64,000 nt of DNA from NCBI RefSeq assembly GCF_000150275.1, contig NW_002060950.1:1228106-1292105 (forward strand). The letters are read 5' to 3'. This DNA is from Trichoplax adhaerens (Eukaryota; Animalia; Placozoa). Position 1 is the first letter of the stretch. Each line of letters starts with the position of its first letter. This document shows, piece by piece, positions 48,901 through 63,375 of this stretch. A program made the position numbers and the translations under genes. The notes under the pieces are model-generated. The model did no database searches, was not told where the DNA came from, and worked only from the letters and a program-made list of their open reading frames with translations.

Positions 48901-51433
48901 CTGATCTGATAGAATTTAGATTATAAACAGCGTTCTTATTTTTTGATTAATTGATTTCAGTATAATCAATGTAACTGTACCATTTAATCATAAGAAATGG
49001 AAATTACAATCACTGTATCGTTATTGTATGCGTTGGTGTTGGAATATTAATTGGCATACTGATACCTATACTGCCATTATATTAAATTCAATTACAATTA
49101 ATAAATTCTAAAATACCGATTTGAATATGAAAATACCTCAATTGTCTAGGGAATACTGCAATACATGAAAGAAATACTAAGGGAAAAACAGAAGACCCAA
49201 GAGACCACTACAGATAATGAACAAGACGAAGGTTAGGCTATGCACGTGACTAATCTACAATATAGGACCATCGCAATTAAATAAATGCCTATTTAATTAA
49301 CGGCAATAAAAAGCAATCTTGACTCGCGTATTTCGTCTGGTACCATTTCGCAATTCTTCATATTATCCATAACGCCCTGCTCCGTTTCTGTTTTCGTAGA
49401 AAAAAATGTACCAAGTTTGCCTTTAGGACTAGACCACTCTGATGGCAAGGCGGAGGATGAAATTACCGAAAATTCAGACAAGATGACCGACTTCGAAGGT
49501 TCGTTAATATTCAAATTACGGTACACATCTTCAAGTCATGCATTCCAATCTTCTGTCCGACTTAAGGCATTTTTACGTATTCGTTTACCTGTCAAATTTA
49601 ACGTCACGCTCATAGAGCTACTGTCTAATATGTCGCGAAAGAGTTCAAATGATGCAACCAAGTAGATTCTAGTATATTACGGATAGCTAAGTCATGGTCA
49701 AAATTTTACATTTCGACCAAAGACTGCTAAGTATCGCCACTTTCTAAATCTCAATCATGACCATTGCTTTTCTGCGACTTCAATGATGTCATTCTAGCAT
49801 CTAACCAGTAATCGGTGCCTTGAGATAAATTAGCTAAAATCTATTAAACTGTTGTTTGATCACATGAATAAATCAGATTATGGGATAGGTCATAATCGCC
49901 TTTGTTTTTTGTCACAGTATCATCAAGCTTCAGGCCATATATTATAATTATATTATATTAATTAGCTATCCTTTGAATCTGTTATTGGGAGGATATGCGA
50001 ATATGCAACTTCAGTACGAAATATAGCATCATTGTTATAGGTTGAAATTTTTTACTTTTTTAAAGATGTTATAGGCATTACTTAATAGTATTAATTTGAT
50101 ATACTTGGAATTCTAGCTAACATAGCTAAGTCAAAGAAAAAATTAAAATTACAGCTAAGATTATTTGATCTGGCACATTATATATTACTGTGATTTCTTA
50201 TTTAACCAGCGATTGCCGAGAATTTGACGTTCGGTATAGGTCAATTAATGCATCAATCAGGTAACGGCTACGGCAGCGCAAACAGCAATAGCAAAAGTGA
50301 TTCTAGTCAGGGCAAGCCTATAAATATAAAACATTCATCTGCTGGCCGTACAAAGAGCAATCCCATGGTTGGTGAAAAACAAGTTACAATTAATAAGATT
50401 CAAAAGAAAATTAAAGAGGATGAGCATTCATGGATGCAAAAGAGAGATAACCAGCAGAGAGAACACGAACTTCAAAAATTAAAGTAATCGTTGCATTGAT
50501 GCTCATATTAACATGCTATTTGATCATCTTAATAACATAGCTAGCAGAGAGTCGTTACCATGAATTCTTGTCGATGTCTTATAAAATTTGTAAATTATCA
50601 AATTGCATAACAGCCGTTTAAAAAATATACCTTTATATTATGCATGCGTGATATAAATTTACTTCATTCATTGTCACTATAAATAATATATAGAAGTAAA
50701 AATACTCTTCGCGATTGGCGTCAAGAAGGAAAGCGACTACAGCGTAATAAGCAAATGGCCGCTGCAATGAATCCAGAGGGTAATTTTGTCAGGAACGATA
50801 TCGTATATTGATTACAACGTTAGGCAGAATAGATAATTTAATACGAGCTAATTTTTTAATAACTAGCTACAAAAGCATCTGTTTCTCCACCTTATGGTAT
50901 TCACGAGAATCCAACGAGGGTGGACAACACGCAACAGGAGGCTGAAGCAAAGCCAGTAACTAAGTAATAATTATTACAATGTCATTCCTGTCAGATGATA
51001 AATTCTAGCTGCTTTGGCGTGAATAAATGCCATAAAGCATGCCTAATCAAGTATTCTTTTTCGATGGTACTAAATAAACTAGAAAAAGCCTATTAAGCAA
51101 ATTAGAAGATAGGATTAAGTCTCATACCATACACTTAAATAGAAAATTTGGTCAACATCAAAGTGCATCCGAAGAATTGGCAGAAGCTGAAAGGAATTTA
51201 AATATCGTAAGGATACGTAATTTTTAACACCAGATGTAACGTAGATTAGATTCTCGTAGGCCGAAAGTACAACAGTAAGATATATAAATATTTATTAAAG
51301 TTATGAAATTATAATTAAGTCAATAAGTACTAAAATAAATTTGTCCAACATCAAGGCTCAGCAACATCAACGCGAATTACAAAAGGTCAAAGCCGCTGAT
51401 GATGAATTTATGGCATACAATCCGGTTGCATAG
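45993..51433 (+). CDS. LRRC27: Leucine-rich repeat protein with coiled-coil C-terminus, LRRC27-like; multi-exon (45993-46127, 47727-47857, about 48075-48133, about 48271-48356, ... last exon ending 51433)
   Basis: MAAINGDH...SIDLSQMNITRISDELLSLDHIE|QLYLEGNKLLALPDDFFDRLPSLRWLDLRNNQLQSIPSSIGNHK|TLTNLLLSGNLLTELPVELG|NLTTMEGINFNNNPLSFPPTEIQQQG closely follows the LRRC27 LRR block as I recall it. Later exons carry LRDWRQE and coiled-coil sequence. The LRR exons are absent from the ORF track. Confidence 0.8.
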
Positions 51434-52259
51434 CAAGTAATTTATACTCGTATTCGAAGATTGCGCTGAAAGAATATACGGACTGTATTCTGGTTTGCAT
51501 TGCATCCTTCTTAAACAATCCTATTTACTATAATCCCAAACTATAGGTTCTAATTCTTTTGGTATGAAGTTCTATTTCAATAGCTAAAAATGAATTTTTA
51601 CAAGCAAGAATAGACTTAAAAAACTAAATTTCGAAGTCATCAGTCACATTTGCAAACTCAAAAACAAATACTGCTTTATTTTATTTTACTAATTACTGTA
51701 TTAAGAGATAACTATGGATGTTTAACAGAGCTAACTATAAATGTTATTCAAATCGACAAAAATCGAAATTTTTACTTATCGTATCCATAACGCCATTTAA
51801 ATACGTATACTGTATAACTTATATATTAATAAAAGACAATTTGCATGATTTACTGCTTGCCAAGGAATGCCTATCGTAACGATGCAACTAGGATCCTAGT
51901 GCGGGCGCAATTTTAAGTTGATTTATACAGTATACGTATGTGCTACGGTGATAGCAGGCAGTAATTAGCTTAGTTGTCCAGCAGCTGCGAGGCATTAATT
52001 CATATACAGGTATCGACCTTACGAATTTAAAATATTTACAATCTATCCTGATGAATAGGTTGTTTACTTTATACAAGCATTTATACAGTCAGATATTCCA
52101 GTTATGTCTATATCCATGCAATTGTTAACTAGTTTACAGTACATGGAATGATAATGAAAGCGGTAATAAATTAGAATTATTTATCAACGCAATACTTGTA
52201 GTCATAATAATACTGCAATAAAATGTTTAGTAGTAACAAGTTTTTTACTCCGAGTTACA

Positions 52260-53177
52260 TCAAGCTGCATTAGAATCTTTAATCCAAGCAGAATTTCTCA
52301 TTTCCACCCAAGGGTTACCACGGGTTGTTAAAACATCGGCTAACTGCAATGGCACTTTTCTATTAGCAGCTGTAGTAGCTGCAATACTAAGATACGCAGC
52401 TACAGTCACCAACCATTCTGTTTCTATCATTAAACTAGCTAGATCACGTTTACTTTCTGCATCCAAATTAATCCTACTGTCCTCAATGATATCTTTCAAT
52501 TCATCAGAATCTTTCATTTTCAAAATTAGGTTCCGCGAACTCCATGGATCATCTGATACCTCAACCCTAACACTGTCCACATGGGCCAAATTGATACTCT
52601 GGCCTTTGCATGCACCATTATGAAGAAATAAGATTTTTTCGTTGACTATCGTTCGCATCATAAACTGTAAGCCTAGAGTTGTAAATACAGTAAAGTTAGG
52701 CTGTAGATAATAGCCAAATTGCCAAGGGGAATTAAAATAGCCATCTACTTCACCAACAGAAAATGATGCACAACGAGTTAACTTAGGTATGGATTTTTTT
52801 AATTCTTCTATGTCATCTCGTGACAATGCTGTATCGATGAGGCACTGAGGTTGAGACCAGGCATCCTCTACGGCTATACGATCACCCAAGTTGACAATGA
52901 CGAATCTATCATTAACCTTATGATTGTAATATCTGCAAGTTCCAAGAAAGAGATGCTTGCTTTCCACATTTGCCTCTAATTTCTTGTCTACTTCATTGAG
53001 AACGTCTTTCAATGTATGGTGAGCATTTCTAATCGTCTCCTGGCTACTGAAATTTGCCTTTTTCACTCTGTTGAGTAAGGTTCGAAATTGACTATGGCAT
53101 GGTTTACTTTGCAATAAATTGAGTTTTTCCAGCTGTAGCACGCGATTGCTAACCATTCGAGATATAAAGGAAGCCAT
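52260..53177 (-). CDS. Intronless 305-aa protein of unknown family with a mitochondrial-presequence-like N-terminus
   Basis: Longest complete ORF in the track, with natural composition and a good start context (TGCATGG). The N-terminal ~45 aa are rich in R/K/S/L and poor in acidic residues. Confidence 0.8.
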   Translation of the reverse strand: MASFISRMVSNRVLQLEKLNLLQSKPCHSQFRTLLNRVKKANFSSQETIRNAHHTLKDVLNEVDKKLEANVESKHLFLGTCRYYNHKVNDRFVIVNLGDRIAVEDAWSQPQCLIDTALSRDDIEELKKSIPKLTRCASFSVGEVDGYFNSPWQFGYYLQPNFTVFTTLGLQFMMRTIVNEKILFLHNGACKGQSINLAHVDSVRVEVSDDPWSSRNLILKMKDSDELKDIIEDSRINLDAESKRDLASLMIETEWLVTVAAYLSIAATTAANRKVPLQLADVLTTRGNPWVEMRNSAWIKDSNAA

Positions 53178-53323
53178 GCAATCTGTTGGCTATCTTTTAC
53201 CTTGAATCTTCTCTGCTCAAAACTGGTGAGAAAGTCTAATGGAGTAATTTGAAAGTGGTCGAGCACAGCACCAGCAAGGATGTAAAATGATGCTTATGTT
53301 GCTGCCAGTACGAGTATCACGAC

Positions 53324-53363
53324 TACAGTACTGCGCACTGTACACTGTACACTGTATACTGTA
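53324..53363. repeat. TA-(CAG/CTG/CACTG) tract upstream of the 305-aa gene
   Basis: TA CAG TA CTG...CACTG TA CACTG TA CACTG TA TA CTG TA, about 150 bp 5' of the ATG. It is followed by a GC-rich patch and a YY1-like CGCCATTTT at 53468. Confidence 0.8.
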
Positions 53364-56300
53364 GAGTCCGGGAATCCGTGGTCCATGCCATCTCCTCTCT
53401 GGACTGCAGCATCGACGGACTGTCAACGTTTCCCCGGGACAGCCTTCATTCATTAGTGGTTCCACTACGCCATTTTTTCCTTACTCGTTCCTGCTTGTTA
53501 TTTCGCTTAGAGATTTTGGCACACTACCTTAATTAAACTTTTCCTACTTGTATGATAGTACATGAACATCTCTATCTCAAACCATCTCGGCTTTTATACC
53601 CTCGACGATAGATAATACCCTATGCCTTCCTAACACTTGGAAGTCCTACCATTGTGGTTCTTCTCGATGGTCCTAACATAACTATTTTATGTCATACGGT
53701 AGACAACAGTGTGCACTAGGTACTTAGGTAGTACTTCGCTAATCTGAGCACTTTGGAAATGTCGGTTATGTTCATACAATATACATCTTAAAATCATGCA
53801 ATTGCAATTAATTTTATACAAATTGATGCAAAAATTGTTATATCGAAATGTTGCTTCTTTAGTAGCTACTGCTACGTAAGTGATTGTACAGACTGCATGG
53901 ACTACTGTAGTATGATTAGCATCTAAATCTGTAGACTTAGTGAGTCCAGGATCCCCATACATTCGGATATTTCCATTCTTGCGTCCATTTGTACAAAATT
54001 GATCGCAATCACATCGTTCAAAAAGTGGCCATTTTTACTATTTAAACGTATCGAAGAAAATAAATCTCATTGTAATCCATTATACTGCACTGTATATTTG
54101 TGGATTTCTAAATACTCCTGGCCAGGCTTACCTACAGTACAGTACAAGCCCATTATATAGTCCACACTGCGGCATTTTAGTCTTACTCAGTATGTGCGGT
54201 ATGCAAGTACCCTTGATTGGCCATCAACCTGCTTTACACACAGTCTTTGCGTTAAAAAATGTTCAATTTTCAAACGAATCTTCACAAACAGTTCATAAGC
54301 ATGCTAACTTCATAAGGAAATCGCAAACTACTTCAAGAAAGAATATCGTACCATGATATGACGATGCCATGTATCTACAAGATGGTGCTGTTAGAACTTC
54401 ACTATGTGCACTTGACGTTTTGAAGCGATCAAAATGGCTTCTTTTACATATTCCTTAGTCTTAACGTCAGATACGTCAAATACTGCCGATGTAAGAGACG
54501 ATGGGAATGTTGTACTTTCGTTTCTAGCTGCCAATGATACTATAAAGATCGACAACTGGTTTGTACAATGGACTCTGCAATGCTCATACACATACAGTCA
54601 TGGACTACAAGAAATATTCTCAAAGTATCGATTAATTGAAAAGTACTTTTTTAGTAGTCTATAATACAGTACAGAAACTACAATTTACAAAATTATAAAT
54701 TAATGGATGAAATAACTCACGCAATTCAGATTTTGCGTGATAATGAAAGGATTTCATAATCCCTTTCCAATGTTCCATTACATCAGCCATCATCTAGCAT
54801 TGCTTTACTAATTTAAGCATAACAGACTACTTAACGAGGGATGTAATTCCTTCATTCTACTATTACAATTCAACTCATATTACTGTGCTAATGTAATTAG
54901 CTGAAATCTCGATAATGTTGCATTTTATAGAAGCCCCTAAAAGTAGGCTATCACACACCTTTATAGTATCGATTTATTATGCTACCGAACATGTAATTAC
55001 ATTACTGTACGATATACGTCAAGAGATAGTGATTTAAACCCTTTGAGCTATAGTAGATGATTTCTGCATTCAGGATCAATGAAGGAAGAGAATTCATGGA
55101 AAGGCGGAATGATACTGTATATATACTAGCGACATGGCAGTAAAAGACGGACATGCCTAGAAAATCCAATAAAAGCTCAATCGTTATATTAATTCAATTC
55201 ACATACAAGAGAACCAAGCGTCGAACAAGACTACATGCAACCTTACTGTGTTGTAATAAAACTATTCAAAGGTCTTAATGTCGATTGCAAAAAATAAATC
55301 ACTAGTTTCTCAATTACGGGATGATTTGGTAATTATAAATATTTACTTGTAGAAGATGATTATCTACGTAACTTAAATACCAATAAAGGAAATCTCCATT
55401 TATGCCTACTATCAAAAATTTACTGTCATACGATTTAGTCAGCGAGACCAAGATTTAATGTACGTGTTGAATAATGTGAGTGCAGAGCTTTACTAGAACA
55501 ACCAAAAAATATATTAAGCGACCGATTACTAGAAGGAGACTCCAGTGTTTATAATAACCTGCTCGCAAAATTTGTCGTTCTTATTTCATCTTATACTTTT
55601 CCATAATTCTATGTATACGCGTACGATATCCCAGTATCCTAGCAATAAAGTAGTTCACTGAATTTCGATATGCCATGGAACTATTAAATACAGCAGTAGT
55701 AATGAGGTACAACATAAGACAAGAACATGGAGAAAAATTTAGTAGTCCCCAGTGTAATATTCTTTCTTTATTGAATAGGGCCCAGCTTTAGTCAACTGCA
55801 AATTCTTGGGAGACTGTATTCTTCTTTTACTTTATCGATATCTGTTATGCTACCTGACGCTAGTTTTGAGACAATAGGTTAAAATATTGCTCTTCGACTA
55901 CATATAGAATAGCGTATATCAAATACAATTCTCCCAGTACACTATATAGTAATACCAAAATCAAATACCTTCGTGCAAGTTGTTCAAAGTAGCACTCACA
56001 ACATCGATTGCACACTTTTAGATTTAGGTATTAATCTTATACTTTTATTAATATATAAGCATATACACGGTCGTATATACTAACTTGGTAATTTCGCTCC
56101 AAAACGGATAAATACAATCATAATTACATTTGCATACGCTGTTCAACATTATGTTCTTATACAATTACAAGACGTTACAGACAAAGACACAACATTTGCT
56201 ACACATTATTTTTATAAGTATATATAGATTTACTTAGATTATTCATACATATGTAAGTGAATGGATTAGGTTATAAAGTTATTTCTAAAAAATTTATACG

Positions 56301-57113
56301 ATAAATATACCTATTGGTAATGAGAGATTAATAACAGTAAATAATTTACTGATTATTACAATACATTTCAACAATTTTAAATAGCTACAATTTCTAGGCC
56401 ATCAATTTTACAAGCTTTAAGAGGATATTATTATAAGAACTTTAAAAAAATCCGTGTAAAAAGAACATTAAAAAAGATAAAATAAATACTAACAATTCTG
56501 CGCAATAACATTCTCGGATATTTCAAATATCCACCCCCAGTATAGTAAGCCAAGCCGGGTAGCTACAATGATATCTTACATCTTACTAGGACAAAGAATA
56601 TAATAGTAATTCTTTCAACGGCTTGTGGCATCAGCAAACAATGAAATCTGGAATTATACTATATAAAAGTATACAGATATCTATTATGTTAGACACTGCC
56701 AAGTTGCGCGCAGAATATCTCATTTTAATCATTCAATTGCATTCTTTTGACTGCTAAGTTAGCTGTTCATTTTCGGCTAATTTTTCTCCTCTTAGGCTTA
56801 ACTGGGCCCAGATTAATATTTGTATTGTGATTCTGCTTGCCCTCTGGAGGATCTTTAACATATTACAAAATTATTCATATTCAAACGATGAAATAACTTA
56901 TTAACGGAAAGTGATAGCAATGTTTTCAACATTGATACTAAAAAATAAATAAAGTAACGTCTACTTCTAATATTACGAACAAATAACATCATTAAGCAAT
57001 GAGTAATTACTTTGCAATTGTATTTTGTTTTGATTGTGTTGTGGAAGTGTTAAAAAGCCTATAAAAATTGAAGTCGAGAGTTTTCAATCTTCAATTCTAA
57101 GTTAATGTAACTA

Positions 57114-60100
57114 TCATAAAACGGGGGACAACAATGAAAAATCTGTTTTTAACTTACTATTATTATCGGAACGCATTGGATTTTGAAACTGGAAATCGGT
57201 GCTTAATGATGGGACATAGCCAACTGAATCGCAGCCCATATTAAACCCTTGAGTGAAATCTTTACTTTGATTAGGCGTATGCAAGACCGACCCAGCACTA
57301 CCATAGTAGGAACTTGCAAACACGTTGCTTCCATCAGAATATCCGTTAACTGGGAAACAAAACGCTGATGATACCTCGTTAGACCCATCATGATGACCAC
57401 TAACGTCGTAATTTGATTGATTTCGTAATCCATCACTTTCTTGCATTTTTGGTGTGTTTGGCACACATTGAGAAATAATAGAAGTTGTTGTATTATAACC
57501 AAAAGCAGTAGGACTGGCTAGAGGCATACCAATTGGCAATCCCGTCTGTTGTTGTTGAAGAGAACCATTTGGAAATGGTAAAGGATATTTTTGCTGAATT
57601 GAGTACATTACTTCTGATACTTCTGATGCAAGCTTAGCAATTACATCCTATAACATATAAATAAATTGATAATATGGCTATTAGAATATAAAAAAACTAC
57701 AGATTACATAATTAAAGCTCTCAGTCGTAAGTAATAAGCGAATATAATCCTCTCACTAGCACATTTATTTACCTTGGCAAGTCGATCTGTTTCCCCCGTA
57801 TACCCAGGCATCATCTGCGCTAATCGTTGAAATCGTAGTTCTAAGGTTGGCTCCACAGCTATTCAATTGATATCAAGTATTTAAATATTTTAGAATCTGG
57901 CATTGATAGGGAATTAAACATTATTAAAGGATACTGCAACCGCTACAACCAAATTTCATGCTACCTGAATACATGAACTTTCCAGGTTTATTCCTGCAAT
58001 ACTGTCTGGACTTAAATGAGAGGGTTACATCAACTGTACCAGGTGACTGCATAGGTGGTGTTTGCACCTTTATGGCATGAGGCGAAATTAACTAATATAG
58101 AAATTAAATAACAAAAATTTTAGAATTATTAATTGAAAAGTGTAACAGCGCTATGTTCGTAAGCATTCAGGATATATTGAGCTGATATATATTAGATTTA
58201 ATATTGATTGAGCCATTCACACGGCAAGGCTAATCATCAAAGAGCTATTATTATCGCTTAACTAATTAAAGAAAACCTTTAAAAACCATCTTAAGATCTT
58301 AAGTTGCACATGTACGTTAAATTATGTTGGCAGCAAAATTTTAAATTTTTGGGTTTCTTTTTCATACGATAATATCGCTATCCACGTTAAACAAGAACCT
58401 ACCTCACTCCAAACATAAACATTTCCAAACGCTACTTGCAATCCTTCATAAAAGTTATCGCCAATAATAACAACACTTGTATATCCTGTAACCCAGCCTT
58501 CATCTGGACATAATGCTCTTATTCGCGGTGATTCATCTAATATCAGCATGAAAAAGTTTCAAAATTTTAGTGCTTTATTTTGACAAATCAGCTAAAAGAA
58601 GCTTTTCATTATCGATCATTAATAATTAAATTTACTCAATCCATGACGATAAATTTTAAAACCATATTGAATGCTATTGAGTAATGTACAAAAAATATGT
58701 CGACTTACTATCATTGCTGCCCTGCTTTTTGGGCTGCCTTCCATATTTTGAGTTGTTATGCACAAAGATGTTATCAGAATATGACAATACATCCTCGAGG
58801 GACTTGCTTGAAGCACATATCGCCAGCTAATATAATTGAAGACAATATTATAAGCAACTACGGTAATTTTATTTTTATTGTAAAGAAATTTACTCATGTA
58901 AACGCCTTGGCAAATTTATCTTGACTATGTAGCTCATTAAAAGAAAGTACGCTGATAATATAGATAGATAAATTTAAAATAAAATTATGATCCTTTTAAT
59001 AAGCTTAATTATTCTACAATTTCATATTACGCACATAATATGCTGCTATAATTTAGTTTGTAATACTAGTGATACAGCAAGAAATTTCAAAGACTGTCAT
59101 TTCGCAATTTACAATCGAATATGTCGTCAAAGTCAGAAGTTCAGTTAAACTGGTGCTTTTATAGTTGCGATAATAACTATTAGACTAGTCATTGGCAACT
59201 GGTGATATATGTAACGTTTCATTTTAAGCTCAATGTTGACAATTAATTACGGATTTCAGACCTGAAATCGTCTGGATTCGCGGGGATTTCCTGCATTTCG
59301 GAGGCAATTTTGATTACATTTCAAAAAAACCTTGATGAAGTACCTATAAAGTAATAACACTGCATTAATTACATTTGATTAATGTGATGAGTACCTGCAG
59401 CATTTACAGGAACAATTATTTTAATAAATGGGTTATCTATCCATCAAAGTTCATAATACGCAAATGACGTAGTATTAATTAAAATCAAGTCCTCATTTGC
59501 GATTATAATAGAACTTTCTCAGTATGACGTCGCCATTACTAATATCTATTGACATAATGTCAGTTAACAACTTCTCATTGTTGTTTGCTTAATTATGATT
59601 TATACGGCTGGTATGATTAAACTCTATATAGAAAGTATAACTTTAATCTAATATATTCAAGTTCTTTACTTTTGTCGTATTCATTAGTTTACTAATTATT
59701 CAAACTTTTCGAATGATATTATATCAACAGACAACATGCAATTAGTAGACGCCATATATAGCAAAAAAGAGACAGTCAAATAAGTGATTGTTTTAGTTTC
59801 TATAAAATTTAGATCGTTACGATTGCATTGTTGATAAAAGGACATTAACATAATAGATAGTAATATTGAAAATAGGTCTAGAAATATGCAGTACTGTACG
59901 TATTTATTCTAGATTAGTGCTTACACTATATACCCTTACTTGTCGACGATGACTGGGTCTGAAGGTGTTTCATTCCTGTTTCCGCAAGACTTTTTCTCTG
60001 AGCAGCGACTATAGAGAATAATAAGATAAACAATGGAAATTAATGATTGTAATTAGATAATACCAGCAACGGCAGAAACTGGACTAGTATAGTATACATC

Positions 60101-63100
60101 AAATAAGTTTAGAAAACTAATTAGGAAATCTATTACTTCGTAGGTGTCCTGTATGCGGTAAGTTGATTGAAAGCGTGAGCAGCAATACAAATTGCATTAG
60201 AAACTGTACAGTACTATTAATATCATCAACAGCTATTCCTTTATTACTAAGTAGTATATGACATATACATCGCAGCTTTAAACGATTGATACCATTGCAA
60301 AACAGCAAATGCTCTTGATAATATAATACGTACCGATAGGGTAAAATTACGGAAGCTGACTAGATAACTAATCTAATGCCTGACACCAGCAGGAAAGATA
60401 CCATAGTTTATTATGTTAAAATGAATTTTACTCACCTGCACATAATTTCATGTGTCAAAAGTACACGCCTTAATTCGCTATTTTTCTCCTGACCTTCATA
60501 TCTGATCAACTGTGAATAGAAGCTTAGAGTTTATAAAGGTATACTGGAATAAAAAAGAAGCCTTTAATTGCTTCTCGTTCTAATGGGAGCTATTTTAGCA
60601 ATTTGCTTAAGTTTTCAAATGCGATAATATCAAACTTGGATAGCTGTAAAAACATTATTATTTTTTAATCTGTGATTTATCTATAGCACGTTATAACTGA
60701 TCGGTATAGAAATTAACGCCTGTTCTGTACAGTACGAAATACTATGCACGATAGCTACAATAGAACGCAAGGTGTTAGAATTATAATCAACGATGTTAAA
60801 CGAGGAGAAATAAGTCTAGAGATTCCCCTATTGAATGAGTACAAACTTATTAGGTGACTAATTAAGACGTTATGAAAGAGATTCTTCGAATTATTTTTAA
60901 TCAACATGTTCCAACATCCTGCTATGTTATATTGAATTTTGGAGATCACATGGCTACGACAACTGCTGTGCAGGTATGCACTGCGTAGAATGGAAGTAAT
61001 TAGACTGTAGAATGATTAATCTATTGTTATCGAATATTTACCTCTTTACTCACGGAGTCAACTAGGCGAATGCATAACTCCTTCTCGATTTTTAATCCTA
61101 GATAGACAAATTATAAGTTCGTTATATAAACCTATTAGCAATGCAAAGTAATTTAAGTGACAGCTTAAGTCATGAGGGAATTAGAGATCAATGGTAACTT
61201 CGACGTTGTTATTAACTTCACAGATTTAATAAACCATTAAATGAATATAAGTATATTACTATCAACAGACTAATCCATTAATCAGTATAAAATTCACTTG
61301 CTATCAATAGTTGAAGTTTTTTTATCGTAAGTTAGTCCAGCGTATTATATTAAATTTAATTAATGTTAAAAAATTTTCTACGGAGTCTTTCCTTCAATAT
61401 AGTATCTAAAACAGTACAGTATTTCAAAAGAAGACACCTGTTGCTTAATAATTTTTAACGCGCTGCATTCTGGTTAATCTTGATCACTGCTAGCATGTAC
61501 TTACCATTATCAAAACGAAGGTGTAGCTTGTAGGTAGCTCCGTTACTGATCACCACATTATCCTACGTAATTTTAGAGATAAAAAGCTAGTATTATGCTT
61601 ATTACGTACTATAAGTGATAATTTGTTAAATGTTGAAAATTGTTACCAGTTAATAGCTAAATATAAAAATTTTTTTTCCATGTGAATAATTTGTATCAAG
61701 GGTATTTTAAAATTTTAATGACATGTTTAAAACGTAACGTAGGCGAATATTAACCGTAATGTTTAGCGTTAGATTAATTTTGGCAATACTATTATATTAA
61801 TATACGAATATTTTAGAAAATAGACGAATTTTATACAGGTGTATTTGCTCAATAGTGATTATGCAAATGGGAGTAGGGTTCATCCGCATACGTGAACAAT
61901 TGCTATCGGTTGTATATAGAACTATGTCCATGTTTATTACATTATTTATTTCATCCTGTCAACTAATAAAGTCAAAAACAATTGTAATGCCTTAAAAGAG
62001 ATATTAACTATTTCTATAAACTAGTACTGGTAAATGGATCTGATTCGTCGCCTCTAGCCTAATAATAACTGTCCTGTTCATTACTAATACAGTTATTGTC
62101 TTTTTTTCTTATCTAATACATACATTAATTCTGATAAATACATCATGCAGGTTTGAGTATTATTGTTGCTAATAAAGAGATAGTATTAGCTGGTTAAATC
62201 GATTCCTGCTGATCTTTACACACGGATTGCGCAATGTTAATAAATTTGCTTCGCTAATCAATATCACAACAATAATGTCCTGATGGAAAAAATATTATGC
62301 AATGTTTTTAATACAATAAATGAAACACTTACTCTGATATCTTGTATGAAATCAACAAATTTAGCCATTTCCACTTCTACTAGCCGCTGATTGCAATCAT
62401 GAAATGAAAGAACAAAGTGGAAGAAATTGCTTTTACGCAAATTAGATGGAGGCTGTTTCTCAAAATGAATCTTCACCAAACTAAGCATTGTAAAAAAATT
62501 TTTCATCAATATAAACATTTGCCCATCCTACCTATTCTTATACCTATATATTTAATATGAATTATCTTAAAATGAAAGACAGGTAAAAAATTAAAACAAT
62601 CACGAAGACGAAACTGCTAAGGAAATACTGCTTTGAATGCGGCATGATTACAAACTTAATGATTTAATCAACACATAGCTTCATAGAATATTTTTTTTTC
62701 GATAAATCTAAAAATGCTCAATCTGATCGACTTCAGCGACAGATTGCGTATAAATTGAAAAGTAATGATAATTGTTAAGCTTTGATAGTACATAAGAGAA
62801 CACGAAAGATTTAGTAAGTGAATCGCAGATTATGGACCTCAACAGTGTGCGCAATTATCTGACTGCATTAACAAAATCCCTAAAGGCTAAGTAGACAACA
62901 AACAGATGTAGAGATAGAGTAGGGAACACCTTCATTTAAGATTTAGCTCAATGCTTGTCTTAAGTCTTAAGGGAAAAAACGGTGTTAAAACGACAGAATT
63001 TGATTGCATCAAGTGTATATTGATAACTCTCGGTGGACATTTTCAAAGCAAACTAAGCCATGCTAATAATACATATTTAATTTCATTCAAACGATAAATC

Positions 63101-63375
63101 AGCTATCTCTATAAATACAAAAATTGGACGAATAAGGGAAAAAGTGCAAGCTAGAATTTTTTTAAACAGCGCTACGAACTATATGTACTCATACAAGCTT
63201 CGCTTCATTGCTAATCAGAAAACATGCTATAAATGTGTGCAAGCAATCTGTAAATGTTGAGCAATTCTCACCTCTCCAAAGGCAAATCCATAACGGAGTG
63301 ATCATTTCGGAGCATAGCCAAATGGGGTGATGTTGCTTCCGATGAAGAAGTTTTTCTGACGCAATTCGTCGACAT
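57114..63375 (-). CDS. COE: COE (Collier/Olf-1/EBF) transcription factor, about 12 exons
   Basis: [20 protein letters not shown]; zinc knuckle LLTHEIMC|[23 protein letters not shown]; [16 protein letters not shown]; [11 protein letters not shown]; IPT domain ([12 protein letters not shown]...[18 protein letters not shown]); atypical HLH; Ser/Pro-rich tail. The first exon 63375-63272 splices in phase. Confidence 0.96.
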
